A DNA stretch of 63,436 nt, filler included, from Deltaproteobacteria bacterium (lineage in GTDB: Bacteria; JAUYMQ01), in NCBI GenBank assembly GCA_030698575.1. It is 8 parts of 8 records of this genome, joined end to end, with 100 filler letters (N's around TTAATTAATTAA, not from the genome) between each part and the next. Parts side by side here need not be neighbours in the genome. Positions count along the whole stretch, not along the records: positions 38,054 to 63,436 come from JAUYMQ010000571.1; 7 more parts are not named here. One strand, given 5' to 3'. Below the pieces are notes generated by a model, which saw nothing but the letters and a program-made list of their open reading frames with translations, was not told the origin of the DNA and made no database searches. Positions 50,500-60,414 of this stretch are shown here, in pieces; the first letter of the stretch is position 1, and each line of letters begins with the position of its first letter. A program made the translations under genes and the position numbers.

Positions 50500-51098
50500 A
50501 GAAGGCGAGCGCGACCAAGCGAGGACAGCGAGCCCGGCCCGCCGGGGCCGCCAAGAGCGGTAGCCGGGGGGCCAAGCGTGTGGCCAAGCGTCCGGCCAAG
50601 CCGGCAGGGAAGAGTTCCGGGCGGACGGCGAAGCGCCCCGCGGCTGGGAAGGCCCGCGTGGCGGCCAAGCCCAAGAGCAAGAAGGCCGCGAAGCCGCGCA
50701 AGCCCGTCGCGCAGGCTCGCCCGCAGCCCCCCGAGCAGGTCAGGCCTCCCCTCATCCGCAAGGGGCTCCCCGTCACCAAGGCGGGACTGCGGCGGCTCGG
50801 GAAGATGCAGCAGGGGGAACGGCCGGAGATCAAGTCGATTATCGTCTACACCACCGAGCAGAAGCCCAAGAATCTCTATCCACGCAAGATTATCTCGCCT
50901 CCCTTCCCGTCGAAATGTTGCACCGACGTGAACCGTCTCCGTGTCGGAAAGATCTACGAGGAACTGGGGAGAAGCTATTACTACAAGGTCTGCAAGGTGT
51001 GCGGGCACGGGGTGAAGTACTATTTCAACCGCGAGACGGAATTCGAAATGCCCAAGCTCCGGAAGTACTACGAGTGGAAGAAATCTGTCTTCCACTAA
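50496..51098 (+). CDS. Hypothetical protein: Lys/Arg/Ala-rich N-terminus plus CC...CxxC domain
   Basis: GTG overlaps the nuoB stop; C-terminus NLYPRKIISPPFPSKCC...YYYKVCKVCGH. Confidence 0.7.
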   Translation: MKKASATKRGQRARPAGAAKSGSRGAKRVAKRPAKPAGKSSGRTAKRPAAGKARVAAKPKSKKAAKPRKPVAQARPQPPEQVRPPLIRKGLPVTKAGLRRLGKMQQGERPEIKSIIVYTTEQKPKNLYPRKIISPPFPSKCCTDVNRLRVGKIYEELGRSYYYKVCKVCGHGVKYYFNRETEFEMPKLRKYYEWKKSVFH

Positions 51099-51152
51099 CC
51101 CTCTGAACCCCGGGCGCGCGCTCTCCCCGCCGGCCCGGCGGCCCGAAGGTCC

Positions 51153-51794
51153 ATGGCTGCGCGCGTCGTCAAGGTCAAACGAGGACCCGAACTCACGCTC
51201 TGGGAGCGCCTGTACATCCCGGAGATAATCCGCGGCCTGGCCGTAACGTCCCGCCACTTCTTCTCGAATCTCTGGGGCTTCATCATCGGCAAGCCTCGCG
51301 TCGCCACCGTTCAGTATCCGGAGCAGCGCCTGGAACACCCGGCGGCCTTCCGCGGCATGCCGGTTCTGGTCGCACGCGAAGACGGCAGCGAGCGATGCGT
51401 GGCCTGCGGCATGTGCGAGGTCGCCTGCCCGCCGCGTTGCATTACGATCGTTCCCGAAGAGACCGAGGGCACGATCGAGAGGCGACCGAAGATCTTCGAT
51501 ATCGATCTGTCACGATGCATGTTCTGCGGCCTCTGCGAGGAGGCTTGCCCGGAAGAAGCGATCGTCATGTCGGCCGACTTCGAGATCGCCTGCGAGACGC
51601 GCGAGGGGCTCATCTGGGGCAAGGAGCAGCTGCTGAAGCCGCCGGAGCAGTTGCGGCGCCGGATCAATTACATCCGGGATGAGTTCAACAAGTACGACTC
51701 GGCCAAGGATGCGCCGACGAACGTGATCGGCGCGACCAACGCCCGGCTGGCGAAGCCGGCGGGAGAAGACCAGCGGCGGGCGGGGAGCCACTGA
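51153..51794 (+). CDS. nuoI: NADH-quinone oxidoreductase subunit I
   Basis: TVQYPE, CVACGMCEVACP, CMFCGLCEEACP. Confidence 0.94.
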   Translation: MAARVVKVKRGPELTLWERLYIPEIIRGLAVTSRHFFSNLWGFIIGKPRVATVQYPEQRLEHPAAFRGMPVLVAREDGSERCVACGMCEVACPPRCITIVPEETEGTIERRPKIFDIDLSRCMFCGLCEEACPEEAIVMSADFEIACETREGLIWGKEQLLKPPEQLRRRINYIRDEFNKYDSAKDAPTNVIGATNARLAKPAGEDQRRAGSH

Positions 51795-51924
51795 CCCGGG
51801 CGAAAGCGCGAAACCGTCCCCCCGATACCGACCGGCGGAGAGCGTCTCCGCCGTTCGTCGTTTGAAAGACCGATCAACGCGCTCTTGCCCTCGTGTTTTC
51901 GAGGGGACGCTGCCTGGAGAGGGA

Positions 51925-53322
51925 ATGGAAAAATTCGACCTGACCGTGATCGGTTCGGGCCCGGGCGGCTACATCGCTGCTTTCCGCGCCTCCCAGCTCG
52001 GCATGCGCGTTGCGCTCGTCGAGAGGAAGGAGCTGGGAGGACTCTGCCTGAACCTGGGTTGCATTCCCTCCAAGGCGATCCTGAAATCGGCCGAGGTCTT
52101 CGCGATGATGAAGAACGCCTCCAAATACGGGCTGTCCGCGGAGAACGTCTCGGTTGACTACGGAAAGGTCGTCGAGAGGAGCCGCAAGGTTGCCGCGCGG
52201 CTCTCCAGGGGCGTCGAGTTTCTGGTGAAGAAAAACAAGGTCACCGCGTTCTCGGGCACGGCCCGCCTTACGGGTCCCACGCGCCTCGTCGTCGAACGGC
52301 CCGCCGACGCGGGAGGCAACTGCGAAATCGAGAGCGCCCGGGTGATCCTGGCCACCGGGACGGAGCCGAGATCGCTTTCGGGACTGGACGCCGACGGCAA
52401 GACGATCATGAACAGCGATCAGGCGATCCTCTCACGAGAGAGGCCCGCGTCGGTGGCGGTGATCGGAGGAGGCGCCGTCGGGGTGGAGTTCGCCTACTGG
52501 TACAACGCCTTCGGAAGCAAGGTCACGATCATCGAATTGATGGAACAGCTCCTCCCGAATACCGACCGCGAGATCGCCGATCAGCTCAGGAAGAGCCTGA
52601 CGCGGCAGGGCATTTCCGTTCTCACCTCCGCCAAGGTGCGGGCGTCCTCCAAGCGGGAGGGAAAGGTGGCGATGGAGGTCGAGTTGGCGGGCGAGAAGCG
52701 GGCGGTCGACGCAGAGCTCGTTCTGGTGGCGGTTGGGCGGTCGGCGGTAGTGAAGGAACTGGGGCTCGATGAAGCCGGTGTCGAACTCAAGAACGGCTAC
52801 ATTTCGGTTGATGAACAGTACCGAACATCCTGCCTGAGCATCTACGCAATCGGGGACGTGATCGGGCCGCCGCTGCTGGCCCACGCGGCCTCGGCCGAGG
52901 GGGTCGCCGCGGTCGAGATGATGACCGGCAAGGGCCGCGGACCCGTTGATCCCTGGAAGATTCCCAGCTGCATCTACTGCCAGCCTGAAGTCGCAACGAT
53001 CGGCCTGAGCGAGCAGGACGCCGAGGCGAAGGGAATTTCCGTGAAAGTCGGACGATTTCCGTTCCGCGCTTCGGGGCGCGCGATTGCATCGGGCGACGAA
53101 GAAGGCATAGTGAAGATCATCGCTGACGAGAAGTACGGGGAGATACTCGGGGCGCACATGATCGGCAAAGGCGTCACAGAACTTATAGCGGAGATTGGCC
53201 TCGGCCAGACGGTCGAGGCCACGTCGAGAGATCTTCACAGCACGATCCACGCTCATCCCACGCTGGCAGAGGCAATCGGAGAAGCGGCGCTGGATCTCGA
53301 CAAGCTGACTCTCAACATCTGA
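51925..53322 (+). CDS. lpdA: Dihydrolipoamide dehydrogenase
   Basis: GSGPGGY, CLNLGCIPSK, GGGAVG, HAHPTLAE. Confidence 0.96.
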   Translation: MEKFDLTVIGSGPGGYIAAFRASQLGMRVALVERKELGGLCLNLGCIPSKAILKSAEVFAMMKNASKYGLSAENVSVDYGKVVERSRKVAARLSRGVEFLVKKNKVTAFSGTARLTGPTRLVVERPADAGGNCEIESARVILATGTEPRSLSGLDADGKTIMNSDQAILSRERPASVAVIGGGAVGVEFAYWYNAFGSKVTIIELMEQLLPNTDREIADQLRKSLTRQGISVLTSAKVRASSKREGKVAMEVELAGEKRAVDAELVLVAVGRSAVVKELGLDEAGVELKNGYISVDEQYRTSCLSIYAIGDVIGPPLLAHAASAEGVAAVEMMTGKGRGPVDPWKIPSCIYCQPEVATIGLSEQDAEAKGISVKVGRFPFRASGRAIASGDEEGIVKIIADEKYGEILGAHMIGKGVTELIAEIGLGQTVEATSRDLHSTIHAHPTLAEAIGEAALDLDKLTLNI

Positions 53323-53363
53323 AGCGGGTCCGGGGGCGACCTCCATCGCCCTTTGCGGCAAGC

Positions 53364-53387
53364 AGAGCCCCGCATGGGGCTCTTCGT
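53364..53387 (+). terminator. Terminator-like hairpin after lpdA
   Basis: AGAGCCCC-GCAT-GGGGCTCT followed by TCGT. Confidence 0.55.
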
Positions 53388-53402
53388 GCTAGGATGCGCG
53401 CC

Positions 53403-54110
53403 ATGGCGGGCGAACCATTCCGGATTCTGCGTCTGGGGAGCGTTCCTTACGACGAGGCTCTCGCCCTGCAGACGGCGCTCCTCGAGCGGCGCCAGCGGGG
53501 GGAGATTCCCGACACGATCCTGCTGCTGGAACACCCTCACGTGATCACGCTTGGCCGCCGGGGTGATGCGTCAAACGTCGTTGCCGACAAGGCGGCCCTT
53601 GAGGCCATGGGTATCGAGGTGCGCCGCGTGGGGCGGGGCGGCGACGTGACCTATCACGGCCCCGGGCAGCTCGTCGGGTACTGGATCGTTTCGCTCTCGC
53701 GGTGGAAGAACGACGTTGGCAAATTCGTGCGGACGATCGAAGAATCGATCATCCGGACGCTGGCCGAATTCGGCATGGAAGGGCGGCGTGTGCCGAAGTT
53801 CACAGGGGTTTGGTGCCCGGTCGCGGGCGCGCCGGAGCCCGAGAAGATCGCCAGCATCGGTGTCGGTATCAAGCGCTGGGTTGCCCACCACGGCTTCGCG
53901 CTGAACGTGACGACCGACCTCCGTTACTTCGATGCGATCATCCCCTGCGCGCTTCACGACAAACGCATGACCTCGATGGCGCGCCTGCTGGCCCGCGATT
54001 TGCCGATCGCGACCGTCGAGGACGCACTGGCGGGCGTGCTGCCGGGGCTTCTCGGGGGGCCGTTGCTGAAGGACGAGCGGATTCGGCCCGAGGCCGCTCG
54101 AGAATTCTGA
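53403..54110 (+). CDS. lipB: Lipoyl(octanoyl) transferase
   Basis: LLEHPHVITLG, RGGDVTYHGPGQ, KIASIG, HGFALN, IIPC. Confidence 0.95.
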   Translation: MAGEPFRILRLGSVPYDEALALQTALLERRQRGEIPDTILLLEHPHVITLGRRGDASNVVADKAALEAMGIEVRRVGRGGDVTYHGPGQLVGYWIVSLSRWKNDVGKFVRTIEESIIRTLAEFGMEGRRVPKFTGVWCPVAGAPEPEKIASIGVGIKRWVAHHGFALNVTTDLRYFDAIIPCALHDKRMTSMARLLARDLPIATVEDALAGVLPGLLGGPLLKDERIRPEAAREF

Positions 54111-54143
54111 GCGGCCTGCGCACGCCACGGAGGGAGAGTTTCG

Positions 54144-54494
54144 ATGGCTTACTACCTGCTGAAGTTGCTGATCACCGCCGCGCTTGTCGTGATCGTCTCT
54201 GAGGTCGCCAAGCGCGCGCCCCTCTTCGCCGGTCTCCTGGCGTCGCTCCCGCTTGTCTCTTTCCTGGCCTTCATCTGGCTCTATCGCGATACGCAGAGCA
54301 CCGAGCAGGTGGCGCGGCTATCCACGAGCATCTTCTGGCTCGTTCTCCCCTCGCTTTCGCTCTTCCTGATTCTTCCCTGGCTCCTCCGGCAGGGTGTGGG
54401 GTTCGCCCTGAGCCTCTCTCTCGCCACGGCGGCGATGTTCGTTCTCTATCTCGCCCAGATCTGGTCGCTTGGCCGCCTGGGCGTGCGCCTCTGA
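54144..54494 (+). CDS. Small membrane protein (DUF3147-like)
   Basis: SEVAKR...LASLPLVS...FWLVLPSL; four TM helices. Confidence 0.75.
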   Translation: MAYYLLKLLITAALVVIVSEVAKRAPLFAGLLASLPLVSFLAFIWLYRDTQSTEQVARLSTSIFWLVLPSLSLFLILPWLLRQGVGFALSLSLATAAMFVLYLAQIWSLGRLGVRL

Positions 54495-54556
54495 CGCCCT
54501 TCCAGTAAATGGTCGAGCTGCGCCCGGACGACTCGCGGGTGTGATCGTGTCCCGCC

Positions 54557-54976
54557 TCAGTCATCCCGCATGGGCCGCCGCATCCGTTTGATCTCCCCCC
54601 GTTGCTTCTTCTTTTTGATCCGCCGTTCCCTGGCTCCCGCCCCCGGCTTCGTTGCGCGGCGTTTCTTGCGCGGGACGAGCGCCGCGTCGACGGCCGCCTG
54701 CAACCTGACCAGCGCTTCTACCTTGTTGGCGCTCTGGCTGCGGGAGCGGCGCGCCACCGCGCGCAACGCGCCTTCGGCGTCGAGGCGCTTCGCAAGCACC
54801 CGGAGCAGCTTTGCCCGCGCGGAATCGTCGAGAGCGCCCGAGGCGCGCAAGTTCCAGCGCGCCTCGACCTTCGTCTCCGTCTTGTTCACGTGCTGCCCGC
54901 CCGGCCCCCCCGCGCGGGCCGTCCGGTATTCGACCTCGCGGGGTGGAATGATGAAGCGAACCTTTTCGAGAGGCAT
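54557..54976 (-). CDS. arfB: Alternative ribosome rescue peptidyl-tRNA hydrolase
   Basis: GGPGGQHVNK, RSQSANK, basic C-terminal tail. Confidence 0.93.
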   Translation of the reverse strand: MPLEKVRFIIPPREVEYRTARAGGPGGQHVNKTETKVEARWNLRASGALDDSARAKLLRVLAKRLDAEGALRAVARRSRSQSANKVEALVRLQAAVDAALVPRKKRRATKPGAGARERRIKKKKQRGEIKRMRRPMRDD

Positions 54977-55026
54977 CGCGTCGCGGTCCCGGCGGCGGGA
55001 AGCGCCGCGGGACTTCGGCGGAGGGC

Positions 55027-56652
55027 TCACCACGGGGGCTGAAGCGAAAGCGGGACCTCGATGAGCGTCGGCAGGTCGCGCTCCAGCGCCTTCTGTATGG
55101 CCCGGGGCAGGGAAGCGGCGTTGGGAACGCGCACCCCCTCCCCACCGTAAGCCTTGGCGAGCGCAGGGAAATTCGGGTTCACGAGATCGACTTCACCCGA
55201 GCGGTTGAAGGCGCGCATCTGGAGCGTCCGGATGACCCCGTACTGATTGTCGTTGAAGACGATGACCGGGATACCGAGGCGGTACTGGACCATCGTCGCG
55301 AACTCGGCCCCGGTGAAGTGAAATCCCCCGTCACCGATCACCACGGCCACGGGCGTGCCGGGCTGCGCGATCTTGGCGCCGATCGCCGCCGGCAGCGCGT
55401 ACCCGAGGACCCCCGACCCAGCCGGATAGAGGAACGCGCGCGGCTGGAGGCAGGGGTAATAGAGCTCGCACCAGTATCCCGGCACGGTCTGATCGACCGC
55501 GAGGATCCCGTTTCCACCCAGCCCCTCTGAGATGGCCGCCATGAAATCGAGGGCCAGTGGTTCGCGATCAAGATTGCGCATCCGCTGCAGGTGGAGCAGC
55601 TCGCGGACCCGCTGCCGGGCGGGTTGCCCTTCGCGCGCCGGCCCGAGCGCCAGCTCCGCGAACAACACTTCGAGGAACGCGCAGGCGTCGGCCTCGATGC
55701 GGATGGAGGGGCGCCAGGTCCGCGCGAATACCGTGGGATCGATGTCGACGTGCACGAGCTCGCCCGGCACGGGTGACTTCACCCGGCGGAGATCGCGGTG
55801 AGCGATGCGTGTACCGAGGGCGATGAGGAGATCCGCGTTCGAGATGATCTGATCGACGACGCCGCCCGCGGCCAGCACACCGGCGTGAAGCGGATGGTCG
55901 GCGGGGATAACGCCCTTGGCGGCGCTCGTCGTCACAACGGGCGCGCCGAGCCATTCCGCCACCCGGAGCAGCGCCCGCTCGCCGCGCGCGTGCAGCACGC
56001 CCCCGCCGGCGAGAAGCGCCGGGTACTCGGCCGTCTCGAGGGCGGTGAGCACCTGCCGCACTGATTCTTCTGATGGGGCGACGGGAGAGGTCTCCGCAGG
56101 TTCGAGCACCGGGGCCGCGCATTCGGCATGGAGCAGATCGTGGGGGATCTCGAGGTAGGCCGCGCGCGAAGGTCCCCTTCGCATGTGGGCGAAAGCTTGC
56201 TGCGCCCGCGCGGGAATCTCGCCCACCGCGCCAGCCCGCTCAGCGTGCTCCACCACGGCCCGGAAGGCGCCGAGCTGATCTTTCATTTCGTGCAGGGCCT
56301 GCCGCCTGGCGCCGAGGAGCCCCGAATGAATCTGCGAGGCCAGCAGCAGCACCGGAACGTCCGAGCAGGCGGCTTCGTTCAGCGCGGCCATCGCGTTGAG
56401 GGCGCCGGGGCCGGTCGTGGCGAGCGCGATACCGGGCCGGCCGGTGGCGCGGGCATGGCCGTCGGCGGCGTACACGGCAGATTGCTCGTGACGGACGAGA
56501 ATGTGCGCGGGAGGCTGCTGGGTCGCGCCCAGCTCCACAAGCACGTCGTAGATGGCGAGGTTGTGAACGCCGGGAATGCCGAAGACGTGCCGGACGCCTT
56601 CGGCCACAAGACTCTCGACGAGCGCCTTGGCGCCGGTACGCTTGGTGACCAC
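55027..56652 (-). CDS. Thiamine-diphosphate-dependent enzyme (acetolactate synthase large subunit-like)
   Basis: FGIPGVH, RHEQ, TTGPG, GDGG...NDNQYG. Confidence 0.9.
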   Translation of the reverse strand: MVTKRTGAKALVESLVAEGVRHVFGIPGVHNLAIYDVLVELGATQQPPAHILVRHEQSAVYAADGHARATGRPGIALATTGPGALNAMAALNEAACSDVPVLLLASQIHSGLLGARRQALHEMKDQLGAFRAVVEHAERAGAVGEIPARAQQAFAHMRRGPSRAAYLEIPHDLLHAECAAPVLEPAETSPVAPSEESVRQVLTALETAEYPALLAGGGVLHARGERALLRVAEWLGAPVVTTSAAKGVIPADHPLHAGVLAAGGVVDQIISNADLLIALGTRIAHRDLRRVKSPVPGELVHVDIDPTVFARTWRPSIRIEADACAFLEVLFAELALGPAREGQPARQRVRELLHLQRMRNLDREPLALDFMAAISEGLGGNGILAVDQTVPGYWCELYYPCLQPRAFLYPAGSGVLGYALPAAIGAKIAQPGTPVAVVIGDGGFHFTGAEFATMVQYRLGIPVIVFNDNQYGVIRTLQMRAFNRSGEVDLVNPNFPALAKAYGGEGVRVPNAASLPRAIQKALERDLPTLIEVPLSLQPPW

Positions 56653-56780
56653 CCGATCTCCCGGGGCGGGGAAGCTCCGACAGTCTAAGTGAGTGCGGAG
56701 TCGCGATCAACGTATTCTGCGTGCTTCTTGCTTGCCTCGGCGCCAGCGGTCCCGCTAGATTGGCGGAAAGGGGAGGCGAC

Positions 56781-57614
56781 ATGGAAACGGGAGATACACC
56801 CTACGATGTAAGAGTCGTAGTTCGAGAGCCTGCGGCCCCCGCCGACCGGCCCCCGCTCATCTTCATCCATGGCGCCTGGCACGGCGCCTGGTGCTGGGAG
56901 CAGTTCCTGGATTACTTCGCCGCGAGGGGCTATCCCTGCTACGCTCTCGATCTCGCGGGGCACGGCGAATCGGCCCGCCCACGGGGCTTCAACCTCCATA
57001 CGATCTCCGTCCATGTGCCCCCGCTCCGGCGTGCGATCTCCGAGATCTCCCGGCGCGGCAAGCCCTTTCTCGTCGCCCACAGCATGGGGGGCTGGCTCGC
57101 GCAGATGCTTCTCTCGGAGCCCGATCCGGTGCAGGTCGCCGGGGCGGTGCTGGTGGCGCCAATTCCCGCACGGGGTGTTCCTCTCAAGACCGTCGCCAAG
57201 ATCCTCCTGCAGCATCCCCTTAAATTTCTCCGCACATCGTTTCTCGCCTCATTCAAAATCGATGACCCGGCGATGGCGCGAAAGCTTTTTCACGGGCCCG
57301 AAATGTCCGAGCAGGAAGTCCTGGCGTCGACCGCTCGGTTGCGGCCTGAGAGCGGCCTCGGGTGCATCGACATGATGCTCGGATTTTCCCGGATCGCCCC
57401 ACGGAAGGTGAGCCGTGTGCCCCTGGTGATTCTCTCGCCGGAGCTGGACTACTTCTTCCCCCCGCCGAATGAGCGCGGGCTGGCAAGAAGCCTCGGCGCG
57501 GAGATACGGGAGTTCCCGGGCATGGCGCATAACCTCATGGAGGAGGCGCGCTGGCGGGAGGTCGCGGACTTCGTGGGTGAGTGGATCGCCCGCGTGGAAC
57601 GGAAGGCGGCCTAG
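56781..57614 (+). CDS. Alpha/beta hydrolase
   Basis: HGAWHGAWCW, AHSMGG nucleophile elbow, Asp and His positions. Confidence 0.9.
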   Translation: METGDTPYDVRVVVREPAAPADRPPLIFIHGAWHGAWCWEQFLDYFAARGYPCYALDLAGHGESARPRGFNLHTISVHVPPLRRAISEISRRGKPFLVAHSMGGWLAQMLLSEPDPVQVAGAVLVAPIPARGVPLKTVAKILLQHPLKFLRTSFLASFKIDDPAMARKLFHGPEMSEQEVLASTARLRPESGLGCIDMMLGFSRIAPRKVSRVPLVILSPELDYFFPPPNERGLARSLGAEIREFPGMAHNLMEEARWREVADFVGEWIARVERKAA

Positions 57615-58297
57615 CGGGCGGCCGGCGGGGTGCTCTGCCCGGGGGGCAACGCATAGCCGTAGGGCGCGAGCCGCGGCAGGGGGCGTTGCACCGCTCCGGG
57701 CTGTCCGGGTGGGGGAATCGGGGGCGCCGTTGGGTCGACCAGAACCGGGTTCGGCGTGACGGCGGCGTCGTAGCCCGTCGCCGTTCCGACGGCGCGGGGA
57801 GCGCGCTCGTAGACGAAGGGCCTGGGCGCGTCAGGTCCTGGAGAAATTCCTTCGGTCCCCGCCTCCCGTTCAGGCGCAGCGGCGCCCAGGCGGGGGGCGG
57901 GCGTCCTGCCCGGAATGGCCGGCGCCACGATGGCCGGCCGTTCGAGCATGCGCGGGGCGTGGGCCATGTTCCCGGCTTCGCCCCCGGAGGGCGCGAGCGT
58001 TGCGGGCGTTCCCGGCAGCGCGAGAGCTTCCGCCTCTCCGGTCTGCGCTGCGATATCTTCCTCGCTCCCCTCCACCAGCGCATCCTGGCGGGCCGAGCCC
58101 GCGCTTCCCTGCGCCGTTCCATTCGCTCCACCTTCGGCCGTTGCGTCCTCCCGCTCGCCGGATCTTTCGTCGCGTTGCACGGGCGTCCCCTCCTTCTCGA
58201 ACCTCAGGATGGATTTGACCTCCGCTGCCTGACTCGGAGGTCCGGCGGCGGCCAGGAAGGTGATCATGATCGCGAGTGGGTACCATCGTAGTTTCAT
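57611..58297 (-). CDS. Secreted Pro/Ala-rich hypothetical protein
   Basis: AGGAGG RBS, signal peptide MKLRWYPLAIMITFLAAAG, low-complexity body. Confidence 0.55.
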   Translation of the reverse strand: MKLRWYPLAIMITFLAAAGPPSQAAEVKSILRFEKEGTPVQRDERSGEREDATAEGGANGTAQGSAGSARQDALVEGSEEDIAAQTGEAEALALPGTPATLAPSGGEAGNMAHAPRMLERPAIVAPAIPGRTPAPRLGAAAPEREAGTEGISPGPDAPRPFVYERAPRAVGTATGYDAAVTPNPVLVDPTAPPIPPPGQPGAVQRPLPRLAPYGYALPPGQSTPPAAR

Positions 58298-58419
58298 CGC
58301 GGAACCTCCTGGACGAGAGGGCGGGACGAGAGGGCGGGTCGGGCGTGGCGGGAGCGGTATTCTCGTGGCGGCCCCCCCACCTCGTCTTGTGTCCAGTGTA
58401 GGCCCACCCGCAGCGGGCT

Positions 58420-60150
58420 TCAACCGCTTGTGAGACGCCACGCGTTCGCAGATCGCGTGAAGGCGACTGCGGCGGCGAAGGCCAGCCCCGCCGCGCAGAC
58501 GGCCTGCAAGCCCAGGACACCGTAGCCCGCGAGCAGCGGGCCGTACCAGACTATCCAGGGCCCGATCAGGAGCCGTGCTCCCGCGACGCAGAGGAGCGCT
58601 GCCAGCGGCGCGACGCCGATGAGTAGCAGCAGCGCGTCGAGCCACCGCCCCCGCTTCCCGCCGCCGGCGCCGATCCAGGGCCAGGACCATGCGGCCGGCC
58701 CCAGGAAAAGCGCCGCGGAGAGATCGTTCAGCGTCCACGCCCAGATCGACGCCCCGAGCAGCAACAGGAGGCCCGCTTCCCATCTCGTGCGCGGGGCGAG
58801 CGCGGCCGCGGCGAGGGCGCCGCAAATGATCGTCGCCGCCATCGAGGCCATCGGAAGAGGAGCCCATGCCGTGAGAAGCGGATCCCGAAGCTCGGAGGGG
58901 AAGCCCGAGAAGCGGGGGAGGAAATCCAGCCGGACGCAGAGGCGGAGCGCCAGCGCCGCCAGCAGCAGTGGCAAAGCCCAGGCGGCTGCCCGTGCCGCAT
59001 CGAGGAGCGTTGACCGGAAAGCGCCCTTCCGGCGAAGCAGCGCCTCGAGCGCAAGAACGGCCAGCGGCAGGAAGAGAAGCGCCGCCATCCACCGGACCGT
59101 TTCGCGCGGGAGATCCCTCGAAGGCGACAGGATGATCGCGTCGGACGATCCAGTTGCCGCCGCCGTGAGCAGCCCGCGGGCCGCGAGTTCCGCCGCGCTT
59201 CCGAACTGCAGCAGGGCCCCGGGCCGGATGTCGCCGGCGCTGCTTTCGCCGGCGGGAGGAGGCCGAGGGATCGCCCTCTCGCCGGGTGCGGGCAGGGCCC
59301 CGAGGTTGATCGCGGGGATGCCCCACGCCAGCATGGGGCCCTGATCCTGGAAAGTATGAGGGACCGCGCGCGATGCGATCTGCGGGAGCAGCCCCTCGTG
59401 GCGCAGCCCGAGGCCGGCCGAGGCGATGGCCTCGGCAACCCGCGCGCGGATCCAGACGGGCGCGTGGGCGCCCGACGGGCCGCCCGCTTGCAGGGCGATG
59501 TCTCCGGCCACCCCGGGGGGCAGATGATCGAGCGACAGCGCGGCGTAGGGCGCCGACTCACCCTGGCCGGAAAAGCCTTCCCAGGCCTTTTCCCGCGCGA
59601 GAGCGACCGCGCCCAGGGCGCTCCAGAACCCGGCGTCCGTCGCGGCGAGAATGATCGTGCGCGCAGGTCTCTCCTGCGAAAAGACGCGCGCCAGCTCCAG
59701 CAGCGCCGTCACGCCCGTGCCGTTGTCCGACGCAGCGTCCCCGCCGCCGGGGGGGGCGTCGTAATGGGCCATGAGCAGGAGCGTCAGGCTGCTCGTTCCG
59801 GGGATCCGGGCGAGGACATTCGTACCCTCGACTTGCTTCCCCCGGAGCCAGAGCGGGAACCGCTGCGTGCTTGTCGCCAGGCCGGCTTCACGGAATCGCG
59901 ACTCGATGAGTCGCGCGGCACAGCGCCCGCCGTCGCTGCCCGTAACCCGTGCAGGACATTCCTCGACGAGCGCCCGGAGGTCGGCCATCGCCCTCGCGGC
60001 ATTGAAACGCGGCTGAATGAGCGCCAGCACGTCGCCGGGGATCGGCGGAGGCTTCCGAATGAAGAGGGCGTAGGAAAGGAACGCCGCGACGAGCGCGGCG
60101 AGAACGAAGAAGGTCGCTTGCCGGATGAAGAATTCCCTGTCGATGGGCAT
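58420..60150 (-). CDS. Membrane-anchored M28 peptidase-like protein
   Basis: NVLARIPG, AHYD, ASDNGTGV; N-terminal TM and several C-terminal TM helices. Confidence 0.8.
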   Translation of the reverse strand: MPIDREFFIRQATFFVLAALVAAFLSYALFIRKPPPIPGDVLALIQPRFNAARAMADLRALVEECPARVTGSDGGRCAARLIESRFREAGLATSTQRFPLWLRGKQVEGTNVLARIPGTSSLTLLLMAHYDAPPGGGDAASDNGTGVTALLELARVFSQERPARTIILAATDAGFWSALGAVALAREKAWEGFSGQGESAPYAALSLDHLPPGVAGDIALQAGGPSGAHAPVWIRARVAEAIASAGLGLRHEGLLPQIASRAVPHTFQDQGPMLAWGIPAINLGALPAPGERAIPRPPPAGESSAGDIRPGALLQFGSAAELAARGLLTAAATGSSDAIILSPSRDLPRETVRWMAALLFLPLAVLALEALLRRKGAFRSTLLDAARAAAWALPLLLAALALRLCVRLDFLPRFSGFPSELRDPLLTAWAPLPMASMAATIICGALAAAALAPRTRWEAGLLLLLGASIWAWTLNDLSAALFLGPAAWSWPWIGAGGGKRGRWLDALLLLIGVAPLAALLCVAGARLLIGPWIVWYGPLLAGYGVLGLQAVCAAGLAFAAAVAFTRSANAWRLTSG

Positions 60151-60414
60151 CTCCGGTGCTTGGCGTGACGCGCCAAGGTATCACGGAGTCCCTATAATCG
60201 ACAAGGCACCCGGCATGGCGGTCGGCGCAACACAGGAATGCGTCAATCGGCGCGCCTCCGCGGCTGGCCGCGGACAGTCTTTCGCAGTCAGGAAGAGCGA
60301 CCTATAATTGGGCCAGCATGCACTAGTGCCACGCCGGCAGCGAGTGCACGCAACGGAACAGGGATCGTTCGAGGACGCCCCTGTCCCGCCATTCAAGAAG
60401 CGGAGGATTGTGCC

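Noticed and set aside
57611..59326. 571-aa minus-strand ORF
   Set aside because: Its upstream part overlaps the M28 gene out of frame; only 57611-58297 has an RBS and signal peptide.
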